64,000 bases of DNA from Nitrosopumilus sp. (GCA_965223425.1 OZ245003.1:1056001-1120000), one strand, 5' to 3'. Positions 50,963-61,519 are shown, counted from the stretch's first letter. Notes: generated from the letters alone by a model not told the origin. Numbers and translations are program-made.

Positions 50963-52101
50963 TTGTTTTTCTCCTTTTTGAACTTTTCAAAATTCTCAAT
51001 AATTATTTGAGATGCTTCTTTGATTTCTCCTGATGCTAAAACTGGAAGGAGCTCCTTTATTGCAAAGCTTGCATATTGTTCAGAACCCAAGGCATCAACT
51101 GATAGCCTAAACATTTCATCATCGATAACATTTGGCCTGTCTAAGAATACTGATGAATCAGAAATCTGCTTTGTGCTTATTCTCCAAAAACATCTCAAAA
51201 CTAGTGAATTTAGCCTTGAAATTTGTGCCTGGATATGGTCTGTTTCTATGTTTTTGCCTTGAATTTTTACTTCCACAATTGGTTTTTTTCTGGAATTGGC
51301 TATTTTCTCAGAAATCTCATCCACTGTTTTTGCTAATTCTTGATATTCTGTTTTAAATGAAAACTGTGGCCTTGTTTCTAATTCAATCCAATTTGCTTTT
51401 GCCTCATCGCCAGATATGTCTACCTCAAAGAATCCTTTCTTTGTCTCTTTAATCCCTTCATTTGTTGTTGATTCAATAGAACCCGGATATGCTATCGGGC
51501 CGTTTAGGTGATTAAACTGTTTGATGTCCATGTCATGAAGATGGCCCATTGCATAGTATGTAAAATTTCTTGGCAGACCCGTTGATTGAATTTCTCCAGC
51601 AAACTTGTTGAATTCAGTGATGCCCTGATGTAAAACCAAAATTTTATGTCCAGAATGACTCTGTGCAATCTTATCCACCTCTGTAAACTTTTCTTCATAT
51701 TGTGGGATCTCTGCTTTTCTAATCTTGTCAAACCCTGCAAGCAGTATTCCTTTGTATTCAAATGGCTTTGCTTGACCGATATATTTTGAAAATTCCAAGT
51801 TGTGGTAAACATATGGAATAGGCGTGGTTCTAATTCTGCTGATATCGTGTTCGCCCAAAATGAAAAACGAATCGATGTTATTTTGCTTTAATCGTTTCAA
51901 GCCGTTTGCCATTTGAACAATTGCTGTTCCATTTGGATTGGGAACATGAAAGATATCTCCTGCAAATATTACAAAATCTACATTGTCTTTAATTGAAATA
52001 TCAATTGACTGATTAAATGCGTCATAGACATCTTGTGCACGTTCTTCTGAACCATACTGTATCAAGCCCAAATGCGTGTCTGAAATATGAGAAAATAACA
52101 T
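50959..52101 (-). CDS. mre11: Mre11 nuclease
   Basis: SDTHLG, AGDIF, GEHD, GHLH. Confidence 0.92.
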   Translation of the reverse strand: MLFSHISDTHLGLIQYGSEERAQDVYDAFNQSIDISIKDNVDFVIFAGDIFHVPNPNGTAIVQMANGLKRLKQNNIDSFFILGEHDISRIRTTPIPYVYHNLEFSKYIGQAKPFEYKGILLAGFDKIRKAEIPQYEEKFTEVDKIAQSHSGHKILVLHQGITEFNKFAGEIQSTGLPRNFTYYAMGHLHDMDIKQFNHLNGPIAYPGSIESTTNEGIKETKKGFFEVDISGDEAKANWIELETRPQFSFKTEYQELAKTVDEISEKIANSRKKPIVEVKIQGKNIETDHIQAQISRLNSLVLRCFWRISTKQISDSSVFLDRPNVIDDEMFRLSVDALGSEQYASFAIKELLPVLASGEIKEASQIIIENFEKFKKEKNK

Positions 52102-53633
52102 TAGTCTAATAACAAATCTTTTTGAACAAGTCCTTGTGTTGATTCTACTGCAATTTCATTCATTTTATCTGCGTTTGCCCAAGCGTTTATTGCACTCTGG
52201 TCTGATCCCATTATCTTTTCTTTTACTTCTTCTACATGGACTAGTGACGGCAAGTTGGTCCATTGGCCTACAAGAACTGCGTCTCCTACATTTAGCGAGG
52301 TTAATTGAGCAATCAATTCACGACTAGTGGACTCTGTTGCTGAGGCTATTTGACGTTGATCATCTTCTTGAATAATCTTCATTATGGCAAATGAACCCAT
52401 TTGGCTGAGCACATTTAGGTCTACACTTCTTGGTCTCTGAGATACTATTCCAAGACCCAGTCCAAACTTTCTTCCCTCTCTTGCAATTTTTGCAGCCCAG
52501 TATTTTGCACTGGTGTCATGATCTTTTGGAATAAACACATGAGCTTCTTCTATGATTACGAAGATGGGTGAATTAAATCGATAATCTCTTTCTCTCTTTG
52601 TTTTTCCATGTCTGGCAATACTTGCATCTTTTCTGTCTTTGAGTAACTGTTGCAAGTAAAATGCAACTGCAACGTTAGCTTGTTTTTCTGACAGTTCTGA
52701 AATGTTAAGTACGTTTGTACGCCCTTCTTTGATAAAGCTGATTGGATCTCCCATGTCTGGATCTAAAATATCCTCAAATCTTCTTTGGGCCTCGTCTATG
52801 ATATCTCGAACTCTGTATGCAGATGTCCGTGTCTCTTTTAGTTTTTTCTCGTCTGAATTCACTATAAAATCTACCTCGTTTTCTAATTTTTTCCAAAATT
52901 CTCTTGATTCTTTGACATGTTTTGTAAATGTCATTCTCAAAACTCGCTGCTGGACATTTGCACCATCTCTGATCTCTAAAACTTCTGAGAGTTGGTCTGC
53001 ATCTAACAGTCTGGGATTAATTTTTGCGTCAAACACATTGATACGTGGAATATTTAGTGCTGTGTAATCGTTGTGATAATCAAAAATTATTACAGTTCCT
53101 TTTAGTTTGGAGATCTGTTTTGTAATTAGAGAGACAAGATTACTTTTCCCCATTCCCGTCATTGCTAAAACCCCTAAATGCCTTGAAACAATTTTGTCTA
53201 AATTCACTTTGGCATCGATTGTCTTATTTCGCAAAAGATTTCCAACCTTCACCCACCCTTCATTTCTTGGACTGAAAACCTCTTCAAGGTCTTGTTTGCT
53301 CGGTTGCGTTATCTCTGTGCCTGGAATTGGCGGAATTGCCGGAATTGTTGATTGGCCCCTTCTCAAATTTTCTAAAAATCCTAAAATTCCGATATGTGCA
53401 GTAAATGTTTTGTCTCTTTTGTTGATGTCTGCAATTTCAATGCTTTCAGACGCTTCATCAAAATTTTTCACATCAGTAAAAGCAGCACTTGTTATTGAGG
53501 ATCTTTCAACTAACCCAAGAATTTCTCCATCCTCTGACCCTATTTTGATATATTCTCCTACCGATAATGCTCTTGAAGTAATTGCAGTTACAAATGTGGG
53601 TTTTGATTCACCTACTACAAAACCTAAACTCAT
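52101..53633 (-). CDS. herA: HerA helicase
   Basis: AMTGMGKS, EEAH, REGRKFG. Confidence 0.92.
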   Translation of the reverse strand: MSLGFVVGESKPTFVTAITSRALSVGEYIKIGSEDGEILGLVERSSITSAAFTDVKNFDEASESIEIADINKRDKTFTAHIGILGFLENLRRGQSTIPAIPPIPGTEITQPSKQDLEEVFSPRNEGWVKVGNLLRNKTIDAKVNLDKIVSRHLGVLAMTGMGKSNLVSLITKQISKLKGTVIIFDYHNDYTALNIPRINVFDAKINPRLLDADQLSEVLEIRDGANVQQRVLRMTFTKHVKESREFWKKLENEVDFIVNSDEKKLKETRTSAYRVRDIIDEAQRRFEDILDPDMGDPISFIKEGRTNVLNISELSEKQANVAVAFYLQQLLKDRKDASIARHGKTKRERDYRFNSPIFVIIEEAHVFIPKDHDTSAKYWAAKIAREGRKFGLGLGIVSQRPRSVDLNVLSQMGSFAIMKIIQEDDQRQIASATESTSRELIAQLTSLNVGDAVLVGQWTNLPSLVHVEEVKEKIMGSDQSAINAWANADKMNEIAVESTQGLVQKDLLLD

Positions 53634-54466
53634 CCTAATACCTCCCGTGAACCGATCTCATTACTTAATCCTAACAAACTAACCATTTTTGCAAGTTCTT
53701 TATCGGATATTTTACAGTTGTTGTGTGCAAGTTTTAGCGCATATGGATATCCGCCTATGCTGGTTTTGTATAATTTATTCATCACTGATTTTATCTCGTC
53801 TTCTTCATAATGATCCCCTAAAAACTCCAATTTGATTATCGGAGTTGAGTCACTTAGTCTTACGAATGTTGAGGAAATGATTTTACCCATTCCATATTTT
53901 TTTTCTACAAATATCTTACTGAATCCTGGTTTATTTGTAACATGATTATAATAGAAGATATCTCCTGCTAGAGAGCCTAAACTTTCAAACTGTTTTTTTG
54001 TATTTGACGTCTTTGCGATGAATATGACATTGTTTTTCTTCTTAATAGTCTTTACAATCAACGAACTCAGTGTAGATTGTCTTGTCATTAATTGAGAATG
54101 TAATGAACCATCCATCAAGACCAAGTCAACCATGTCTACAGTTTTTTCACATGCATCGATTTCCATTTTACTTGCTATGCTTGAAATGTTGTCAGCAGAA
54201 CCTAGCCCTGATTCGTGCAAATCCACTAGCAATTCTCCATCAGATTTTATTGAAACTGCTGTAGTTGCCCAAAGCTCAATTCCTTGAAACTTGGTATTGT
54301 TAAAACTACTGTCAATCCCCGCTGTGACCACCTCTTCTTTTGTAGGCGTGAATTCAACCCAGCTCTCTCTTGCTTTCTGCAAAATTTGCTCAAATTTGGC
54401 ACCTTTGAGAATAGAGAGCATTTTGTCCCTGTTTATGATGGCGTCTTTGTATACAGTATTGAGCAT
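53630..54466 (-). CDS. nurA: NurA nuclease
   Basis: GIDSS, MDGSL, GYPYALKLAH. Confidence 0.9.
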   Translation of the reverse strand: MLNTVYKDAIINRDKMLSILKGAKFEQILQKARESWVEFTPTKEEVVTAGIDSSFNNTKFQGIELWATTAVSIKSDGELLVDLHESGLGSADNISSIASKMEIDACEKTVDMVDLVLMDGSLHSQLMTRQSTLSSLIVKTIKKKNNVIFIAKTSNTKKQFESLGSLAGDIFYYNHVTNKPGFSKIFVEKKYGMGKIISSTFVRLSDSTPIIKLEFLGDHYEEDEIKSVMNKLYKTSIGGYPYALKLAHNNCKISDKELAKMVSLLGLSNEIGSREVLG

Positions 54467-54539
54467 AACAACAGTTCGTTGGTTTGAATAAAATCTTTAG
54501 GTTATGCCAGACTTTGACAAAACTGATCCATTCAAACCA

Positions 54540-55595
54540 TTATCCAATCCTGCCCTTTAGAACAATTTTCTCGTCTGTGTTTGATGGGGTAGATCTGTCG
54601 ATGTATCTGATTTCATACCAATCTCCAATATGGATTGTCTTGCCGTCAATTTCACGCGGTATTTTGATTTGCACTTCAAACGTGCTTGTATTTGGGCCTG
54701 TTTCAACTAGATATCCTCTGTTTGCATCAAACTTTGGATTGGCCAAAGTGGTTCTAATTCCGCCTTCCCCCCTAAACTCTAATTCGCTTAAAGGAATTTT
54801 ATCTTCATCCCGTGAATCTCTGTTTGAATCAGGCTCGTAAATTCTCACAGTAAACTCGTGTCCGATTCTTGATCCCCCTCCTCCAGATGTTTGCACGTTT
54901 GCAAACGTCTTTGTTAATGGGACTGACTTTACCAGCACTCTGCTTTCTCCAGAGTAATCTGACTCGTCCAAGTATTTTATCATGACAATGTCATCTTGAC
55001 TTAGCGGCCTTCCGTCAATTGTATCTGGCAACTCTAGCCTCACATAAAATTGCCCTGTATTTGGTCCTGTCTCAATTATGTTGCTTGGACCGTTTATTGG
55101 AATTCCGTTAATCGTGAATTCAAACAAGCCTTCAGTTGATACTACCTCTACGCCGCTATGTGCCAGATTCAAATCATGATCTGTTATGTAAAAATTTACT
55201 ACTGACATACTAGATGCGGGAATTGTTTCGATCTCTTTTTCTGCTTTTGTAACTTTTGTTACTTTTGTAGGAATTACCAGCATTCCTGCATCATACATTC
55301 TCTCAGCAGTTTCTGGCCTAACGCATGCAGGGGAACCGTTTATTCTAATTACCAAGCCTAAACCGTCTTTACACACAACGTCTGTGGCCAGTACCCCTCC
55401 CTGCATCTGCTTTTTTGGCGATTCTAACTTGGCTACTTTTTGACTGTGAGGAATTTCCGAACACAATATACCCCCACACAGTTTGTCCGAATTTGTTTGC
55501 CACGCTGGCTTTTCTGCATCTTGCTCTGAAAATGATTCTTGTAATCCAATCATTCCAACCAAAACCGCTGGGATTGCCATCCATACTAGCCTCAT
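54540..55595 (-). CDS. secreted hypothetical protein with ETGPNT repeats
   Basis: probable start MRLVWM; SPKKQM..VVC..GSPACV module; two ETGPNT.F motifs. Confidence 0.7.
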   Translation of the reverse strand: MRLVWMAIPAVLVGMIGLQESFSEQDAEKPAWQTNSDKLCGGILCSEIPHSQKVAKLESPKKQMQGGVLATDVVCKDGLGLVIRINGSPACVRPETAERMYDAGMLVIPTKVTKVTKAEKEIETIPASSMSVVNFYITDHDLNLAHSGVEVVSTEGLFEFTINGIPINGPSNIIETGPNTGQFYVRLELPDTIDGRPLSQDDIVMIKYLDESDYSGESRVLVKSVPLTKTFANVQTSGGGGSRIGHEFTVRIYEPDSNRDSRDEDKIPLSELEFRGEGGIRTTLANPKFDANRGYLVETGPNTSTFEVQIKIPREIDGKTIHIGDWYEIRYIDRSTPSNTDEKIVLKGRIG

Positions 55596-55702
55596 AATCA
55601 GATACTGTCCCCCGAACCTGATAAAGCATTCTACTAACCCGTTCAAATCTATGATAACACATAGACTAGAATTAATTAAGAGACTAGTTCTAAAATAGAC
55701 AC

Positions 55703-56521
55703 TTGAAAAAAATTGGTTTGTTGGGGTGTGGCTCAATTGGCACGCAAATTGCGCTTGCAATTGATTCTGGAAAAATTCCAGCTGTTCTAACTCATGTTTA
55801 TGACAGCTCTAAAGATGCTGCAGCTGAACTTGTTTCAAAACTAGACACAAAACCTGAAATTGTTGAAAATTCTCATCTTTTATCCTCGCATCCGGTAAAT
55901 ATTATAGTCGAAGCTGCATCTCAAGATGCAGTAAAAGATGTTGCACTAAGTGTTTTACAAAACAAACGTGATCTGATGATTATGAGTGTTGGCGCACTGC
56001 TTGATGAGTCCATATATGATATTTTATCAGACGCATGTACTGATTTTAAAAGAACAATCTACCTTCCGTCAGGTGCAATTGCTGGTTTGGATGGAATAAA
56101 ATCAGTTAAAGATGAATTGGAATCTCTCTTCATTACCACTACAAAACATCCGCGTTCTCTGAAGGGCGCCAAGTTTTTTGAAAATTCTGCAATTGATCTA
56201 GATACAGTTAATTCCTCCACAGTAGTCTTTGAGGGCATTGCCAAAGAGGCCGTTTCATTATTTCCTGCCAACATCAATGTTGCCGCACTTTTATCATTAT
56301 CCGGAATAGGCAGTGAAAAAACAGTTGTAAAAATTATTGCTGATCCAAACACAGACAAAAACACGCACCGCATCGAAGCTGCAGGAAAGTTTGGCAGGAT
56401 GACCTTTACGATTGAAAATTTTCCTGATCCCGGCAATCCAAAAACAAGCAGATTGGCAATTTTGTCTGCAATTGAAACTCTGAGAAAATACTGCTCAGAT
56501 GATATTCAGATTGGTACCTAA
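55703..56521 (+). CDS. nadX: L-aspartate dehydrogenase
   Basis: GCGSIG, SGAIAGLD, FPANINVA, NPKTS. Confidence 0.9.
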   Translation: MKKIGLLGCGSIGTQIALAIDSGKIPAVLTHVYDSSKDAAAELVSKLDTKPEIVENSHLLSSHPVNIIVEAASQDAVKDVALSVLQNKRDLMIMSVGALLDESIYDILSDACTDFKRTIYLPSGAIAGLDGIKSVKDELESLFITTTKHPRSLKGAKFFENSAIDLDTVNSSTVVFEGIAKEAVSLFPANINVAALLSLSGIGSEKTVVKIIADPNTDKNTHRIEAAGKFGRMTFTIENFPDPGNPKTSRLAILSAIETLRKYCSDDIQIGT

Positions 56522-56614
56522 TATGGCAATAATTGCCACATTTGGTAGTTTTTTGGAGAATTATAGACTACTTCCCATTCTTTAAATCCCCACAAATTCA
56601 AATTTTTACGGTTT

Positions 56615-57571
56615 ATGCTAGTACAACAAGCTTCAAAACTAAAAGATGAGATTCTAAGGCTCAAGAAAGAAAAAGATGTGGTGATTTTAGCACACAATTA
56701 CCAAATTCCCGACATACAGGACGTAGCTGATTTTACCGGGGATTCTTTGGGCTTGTCAAGGCAAGCAGCCAAAGTTGCCCAAAAGACAATTTTATTTTGC
56801 GGTGTAAACTTTATGGCAGAAACTGCTGCCATCATTAGCCCTGAAAAAAAGGTACTGCTTCCTGATTTAGAAGCTGGATGTTCATTGTCTGATTCAATTA
56901 CTGTTGATGAATTGCGTAACTGGAAAAAACAACATCCTGATGCTATTGCAGTTGGTTATGTTAACACTACTGCAGAAATTAAAGCAGAACTTGATTATTG
57001 CTGTACATCATCCAATGCTGTAAACATTGTAAAGGCAATACCTGAAGATAAAGAGATTTTGTTCTTGCCTGATATGTTCCTTGGCTCTTATGTTGCAAAA
57101 ATGACTGGAAGAAAAAACATGCATATCTGGGCAGGTGAATGTCACGTGCACGCAGGAATCACTCCTGATGATGTTGTGAAAAAATTAGACTCGATGAAAG
57201 ACGCTGAATTTGTCATTCATCCAGAATGCGGCTGCACTACTCCGATGATGTATGATGTTGCAGATGGAAGCTTTGACGATAAAAAAGTATCAATACTCTC
57301 TACAGAAGGAATGCTAAAGCATGTTAACGAATCTGATTCAAAGAATTTTGTTGTTGCCACTGAAACTGGAATATTGTATAGAATGAGACGACAAAACCCT
57401 GATAAAAAATTCCTTCCTGCATCAGAAAAAGCTGAATGCCAATACATGAAAATGATTACACTTGAAAAAGTATATGATGCATTGATTGATGAAAAAAATA
57501 TTGTTACTGTTCCCGCAGAAATTGCTGAAAAAGCCCGTCTGGCAATTAGTCGGATGCTTGAAATCAGCTAA
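56615..57571 (+). CDS. nadA: quinolinate synthase
   Basis: LAHNYQ, AGCSL, CTSSNA, HPEC, CQYMK. Confidence 0.95.
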   Translation: MLVQQASKLKDEILRLKKEKDVVILAHNYQIPDIQDVADFTGDSLGLSRQAAKVAQKTILFCGVNFMAETAAIISPEKKVLLPDLEAGCSLSDSITVDELRNWKKQHPDAIAVGYVNTTAEIKAELDYCCTSSNAVNIVKAIPEDKEILFLPDMFLGSYVAKMTGRKNMHIWAGECHVHAGITPDDVVKKLDSMKDAEFVIHPECGCTTPMMYDVADGSFDDKKVSILSTEGMLKHVNESDSKNFVVATETGILYRMRRQNPDKKFLPASEKAECQYMKMITLEKVYDALIDEKNIVTVPAEIAEKARLAISRMLEIS

Positions 57572-57582
57572 CCGGTATTAAT

Positions 57583-57975
57583 ATGGTCAGATTACTTGGC
57601 AGGACTCCAAAAGATCCTCAGCTAAAAAGGAATGTTGAAAAACTTAAAAAATTTAAAAAGCTGGTTAAGGAAAAAAAATATGCCGAGGCCCTAAAATCAG
57701 GCACAGAATATCTGGAAAAAGTACCACATAACCATGATGTTTTGTTTACTGTGGGTGGAATTTTTTACCTAAACAACAAACTCAAGACCGCAATTTCCTA
57801 CTTTGATAGGGCACTTGAAATTGGTTCTTATGATGTTGAAATTTTACTCTTGAAGGCCTATTCCCATCAGAAATTAGGTGAAAACAAACGGGCAATGCAA
57901 TGTTGTGACAAAATTCGTGAGGTAGATCCAAAAAATAAATCCGTGTCAGAGCTGTTAGGGCAACTGAGTTCTTAA
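57583..57975 (+). CDS. TPR-repeat protein
   Basis: TPR-like helices (AISYFDRALEI). Confidence 0.75.
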   Translation: MVRLLGRTPKDPQLKRNVEKLKKFKKLVKEKKYAEALKSGTEYLEKVPHNHDVLFTVGGIFYLNNKLKTAISYFDRALEIGSYDVEILLLKAYSHQKLGENKRAMQCCDKIREVDPKNKSVSELLGQLSS

Positions 57976-58790
57976 ATTTCCAAACTCATGTCGATTCCTT
58001 TAACCGAGTTTGTAATGCTGCCTACTGAAATAATATCGACACCTGTCTGTCCATACTTTGAGATATTTTTAGAATTTATTCCCCCTGATGCCTCAAGCAT
58101 TACTTTGTTTCGTAATTTCTGATTCTTGAGATCTTGAACCGTTCCCTTAATTTGAGACGGAGAAAAATTATCCAACATGATTATTGTTGCCCCTTCTTTT
58201 GCGGCAAGAATTGCATCTGAAGCGTTTTCTACTTCTATTTCGAATTTGCTGTGCTTTCTCTTTGCTTTTTTAATTAAGGATAGTAGCGAACCCTCTACTG
58301 CAATATGGTTGTCTTTAATCATTACCATTTCGTCTAGTCCCAGCCTGTGTTTTTTGCCTCCGCCTATTTCTACTGCTTCCTTGTCAAAATATCTTAGTCC
58401 TGGAGCAGTTTTTCTTGTAGCGTATAATTTTGTTTTATTTGGGATTTTTTTTACAAGTTCATTTGTTTGGGTTGCAATTCCGCTCATTCTAGTAAGAATG
58501 TTTAATGCAGTTCTCTCGCATGTCAAAACTTTTCCTGCATTTCCAGTAATGATCATTACAGTTTGATTTGGTTTTATTGCAGAACCGTCTTTTTTCACAA
58601 TTTTTGCATTGCAGCCTTTCAGTTTGAAAACTTCTTTTGCATGTTTTGTCCCTGCCACAATAGCGTTTTCTCTTGAAATAATTTTCACTGAAATTTTTTG
58701 CTTGTGCAAGAGCGCACTGGTAATGTCCCCCTTTCCTATGTCTTCTGCAAGAAACTGTGATAGCTGTTTTTTAGAATTAAACGACAACAT
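57972..58790 (-). CDS. nadC: quinolinate phosphoribosyltransferase
   Basis: EDIGKGDITS, TRKTAPG, KDNH, EASGG; probable start MLSFN. Confidence 0.93.
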   Translation of the reverse strand: MLSFNSKKQLSQFLAEDIGKGDITSALLHKQKISVKIISRENAIVAGTKHAKEVFKLKGCNAKIVKKDGSAIKPNQTVMIITGNAGKVLTCERTALNILTRMSGIATQTNELVKKIPNKTKLYATRKTAPGLRYFDKEAVEIGGGKKHRLGLDEMVMIKDNHIAVEGSLLSLIKKAKRKHSKFEIEVENASDAILAAKEGATIIMLDNFSPSQIKGTVQDLKNQKLRNKVMLEASGGINSKNISKYGQTGVDIISVGSITNSVKGIDMSLEI

Positions 58791-58832
58791 AATGATAAAA
58801 TACAAATGTAATTTTAAAGATTTAGAAATATT

Positions 58833-59021
58833 TTATGTTACTTTGATAGCATATTTGCCTTTTTGGGTAATTCCTAGGGTTTTAGAAATTTCTGAATTTG
58901 TCGGATCTACTACAAGTACAACCCCGTTCCAATCCGGCGTCAAGTCCGATGACTTGCAAATTCTACATACTTTGCCTGTGTTGACGCATTTACACTTTCT
59001 ACATGCCATCTCCCGTGCCAT
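58833..59021 (-). CDS. spt4: transcription elongation factor Spt4 (RpoE'')
   Basis: CRKC..CRIC zinc ribbon, W.G.V, GKYAIKV. Confidence 0.9.
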   Translation of the reverse strand: MAREMACRKCKCVNTGKVCRICKSSDLTPDWNGVVLVVDPTNSEISKTLGITQKGKYAIKVT

Positions 59022-59022
59022 C

Positions 59023-59619
59023 TTAGCTTGCCTCTACTTTAGCTTCTTTTGCTGGTTTGTCTCCGCCGCTGCCGGATTTTTTAATTTCTTCGGCAATCCA
59101 CTCCCCTGCACCAAGAAACGGCTGTCTACATGTAATTCCAATCTTGCCCATTCCTGAGGCTTTTCCTAGCGATACTGCAGTGATTCTTGCACGAAGTGTA
59201 GAACCGACTTTGAGTGTTCTGCCGCTTTGATTAGCTAAAATCATTCCAGACTTTACATCGCTCTTGAGATAATCATCCATCACTTGTGACAAGTGAAGCA
59301 GTGCGTCAGTTGGGCCAATTCTTACAAATGCGCCAAAGTCGGTAATGTCTACAATTTCCCCTTGAACAATTTCTTGCAATTTTGGATAAAATGTTAATGC
59401 TTCAAATTCAACTTTGTGAAAAGTGCCTCCATCCCCTGCAATCATTTTTCCCATCTCGTCGACTTTGGCATCTAAAATCATAATGATGTAACCCAAATCT
59501 GCATTAATCATGCTCTCGTACTTTTCTTTGAGAATGTTTACTGCCGCCTTTTTGAGTGCAGTTCCAAACAAGCTTGGAGGAATCCTGACAACATCAACTA
59601 GGGTAGATATAGAAAACAA
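59023..59619 (-). CDS. rpo7: RNA polymerase subunit Rpo7 (E')
   Basis: DVVRIPP, S1 domain GAFVRIGPTDALLH, RQPFLG. Confidence 0.93.
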   Translation of the reverse strand: MFSISTLVDVVRIPPSLFGTALKKAAVNILKEKYESMINADLGYIIMILDAKVDEMGKMIAGDGGTFHKVEFEALTFYPKLQEIVQGEIVDITDFGAFVRIGPTDALLHLSQVMDDYLKSDVKSGMILANQSGRTLKVGSTLRARITAVSLGKASGMGKIGITCRQPFLGAGEWIAEEIKKSGSGGDKPAKEAKVEAS

Positions 59620-59670
59620 CTGTGCTGTTTTTCTTGAATTTCAATTTATGAATCTTTGGGTGATTTAGGC

Positions 59671-61136
59671 GTAAGAGGCTAGGTTAGTCACGAACTCAAA
59701 CATTCTAGATCATACTGATCCAAATTCGATGATCCCTGACTCTGTCTAATGAGTGACTCGGAGATCAAGATATTACGGGATGCTCTGGCAAAATCATTTG
59801 CTGAAAACGACAGCTTGCGAAAGATTGTCAGCCAGTTGGCAGGCGATGTAAAAAAATCACAGGCAAGGGAAGCCGAGAAGGATTTGACAATAGCGGAACT
59901 AAAGAGGCGCGTAGCGTTCTACGAGAATCCGCACTCACCGCCGTCGGCAAACTCCATTCCCACGCGCCGAAAAAAGGCAGACCGTGCAAAAGGCGGTTCC
60001 TCCTCCTCCTCCTCCTCCCCTCCAAACAAGGGCGGAGCAAGTGCAGGCCACGTCGGCGCATCCCACAAGAGAAGGCCTGATCACACAACGGTGCACAGGC
60101 CAAAGAAATGCGCAAAGTGCGGCAGCAAAGGCATTACAGTTACAAAGACCACGACAAAGATGACAGTCGACATTCCGGAGATTCCAAGGACCGTATCCAC
60201 AAACAACGTCATACAGCACTGCACCTGCAGGTGCGGACATGTCACAACGCCCCGGGTCGGAATAGACGGAACATCGATTGGCAAGAACCTCATGACAATA
60301 ATCATGTCGCTGCATAAACAAGGCTGCAGCCTGAACTCAATCAGGGAGGCAGCAAGCCTGTATGACACGTCAATCTGCAAAAAAACAATACAAAACGCGC
60401 TGTTTGCATTAGGAGGAGCGTTGGAGTCAGAGGTAGAGTCATGGAAAGAAAATATTGGCAGATCAAAATACCTGAAACTTGATGAGACGTCATATACAAT
60501 ATACGACAAACTGGGATATGTCTGGGTATGCATCGGTGATGATGCGGTACTGATTCATGTGGACAGAAGCAGGGCCGCTGCCGTACTGGATCTTCACTTT
60601 CCTCACTGGGATTCCCGTGACAGTCGACGGTTATGCGGCATACAACAGTTTCAGAACGATTCAACGGTGCTGGTCACACATACTGTGTGATGCCGAATTT
60701 GAACAGGATGATGGTGATGATGATGATGAACCAAAAACCATGCTGTATGAGAAACTGTGTTTGCTATACCACGATGCAAAGCAGGTTGCGCTGCGGCCTG
60801 ACGCGCACACGCATTATGACTCGTTTGTGATCTCCTGCACGGCAATTGCGGATTCGTACAAGGGTTGTCCGGACTGCAAGTTCGGAGACAAGCTGGAAAA
60901 GGCCACACCAAACCTGTTTACGTTTCTAAAGCATCCCGGAATGGATCCCACAAACAACGAATCAGAAAGGATGCTTCGCCGGGTCGTCATATCGCGCAAG
61001 ATTAGACAGCGTCTTGTCACCGAAGCAGGCATGAAGGTATTTGGCATACTTGTGAGCTGCTTGCTGACATGGCAGAAAAGGGGCACCAGCATTCAAGAAG
61101 AGATACTGAGACTGTACTAGAGACCTAGCCTCTTAC
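59671..61136 (+). mobile_element. IS66-family single-ORF element; frameshifted transposase 59749..61120
   Basis: TIR GTAAGAGGCTAGGT / ACCTAGCCTCTTAC; coiled coil, zinc finger, LDET, QRCWSH, TNNESERMLR. Confidence 0.9.
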
Positions 61137-61191
61137 GAACCGCCTAAAGATATCCTTTTAATCAGGTTCCACTATTGTAATATTATAACCA

Positions 61192-61281
61192 CGTCGGGGA
61201 CGGGATTTGAACTCGCGAATTCGATGGTAACCGAAATAGAGTTTTTCAAACTCTCGCCATACCTATCTTGGCTACCCCGAC
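61192..61281 (-). tRNA. class II (long variable arm) tRNA with Ser-like body and GAA anticodon
   Basis: GTCGGGG TA GCCA AGATAGGTA TGGC G AGAGT TTGAAAA ACTCT ATTTCGGTTACCATCGAATTC GCGAG TTCAAAT CCCGT CCCCGAC G. Confidence 0.8.
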
Positions 61282-61298
61282 GTCTTCTTAATTACAAA

Positions 61299-61321
61299 AT
61301 CCGCTTAATAATCTGGCGGAT
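61299..61321 (-). promoter_or_regulatory. putative TATA box (TTATTAAG, -30..-23 to the tRNA) enclosed by ATCCGC-N11-GCGGAT
   Basis: position fits archaeal promoter spacing; 6-bp inverted repeat seen directly. Confidence 0.5.
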
Positions 61322-61519
61322 CAAATATTTCATGGAATGGTAAAATAATTTCTCGATCAGGATGTGGTGATCCGGTTGAAAATATGGAGGCGATCTGGTT
61401 GGGCCCGTATGACGTAACGGATGTATGGGTGACCGGGTCGTAAGGCCGGTGGATTAGCTTGAACACATGATAACCACCTCGTCGTAGTTGTAGTGATGGA
61501 TCGACCCCTGTATGCATAT

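Noticed and set aside
61192-61281. Reading the tRNA as Ser(TGA), Leu or Sec
   Set aside because: The 5-bp stem centres GAA in a 7-nt loop; TGA would need an asymmetric 9-nt loop; G73 argues against Leu; there is no TCA anticodon.
41715-61519. ATAT next to both inward-facing ends of element A copies, suggesting translocation of the 20-kb core block
   Set aside because: The element appears to prefer AYRT 4-mers, so a match is likely by chance; joining the flanks does not give a convincing continuation of the AlbA_2 frame.
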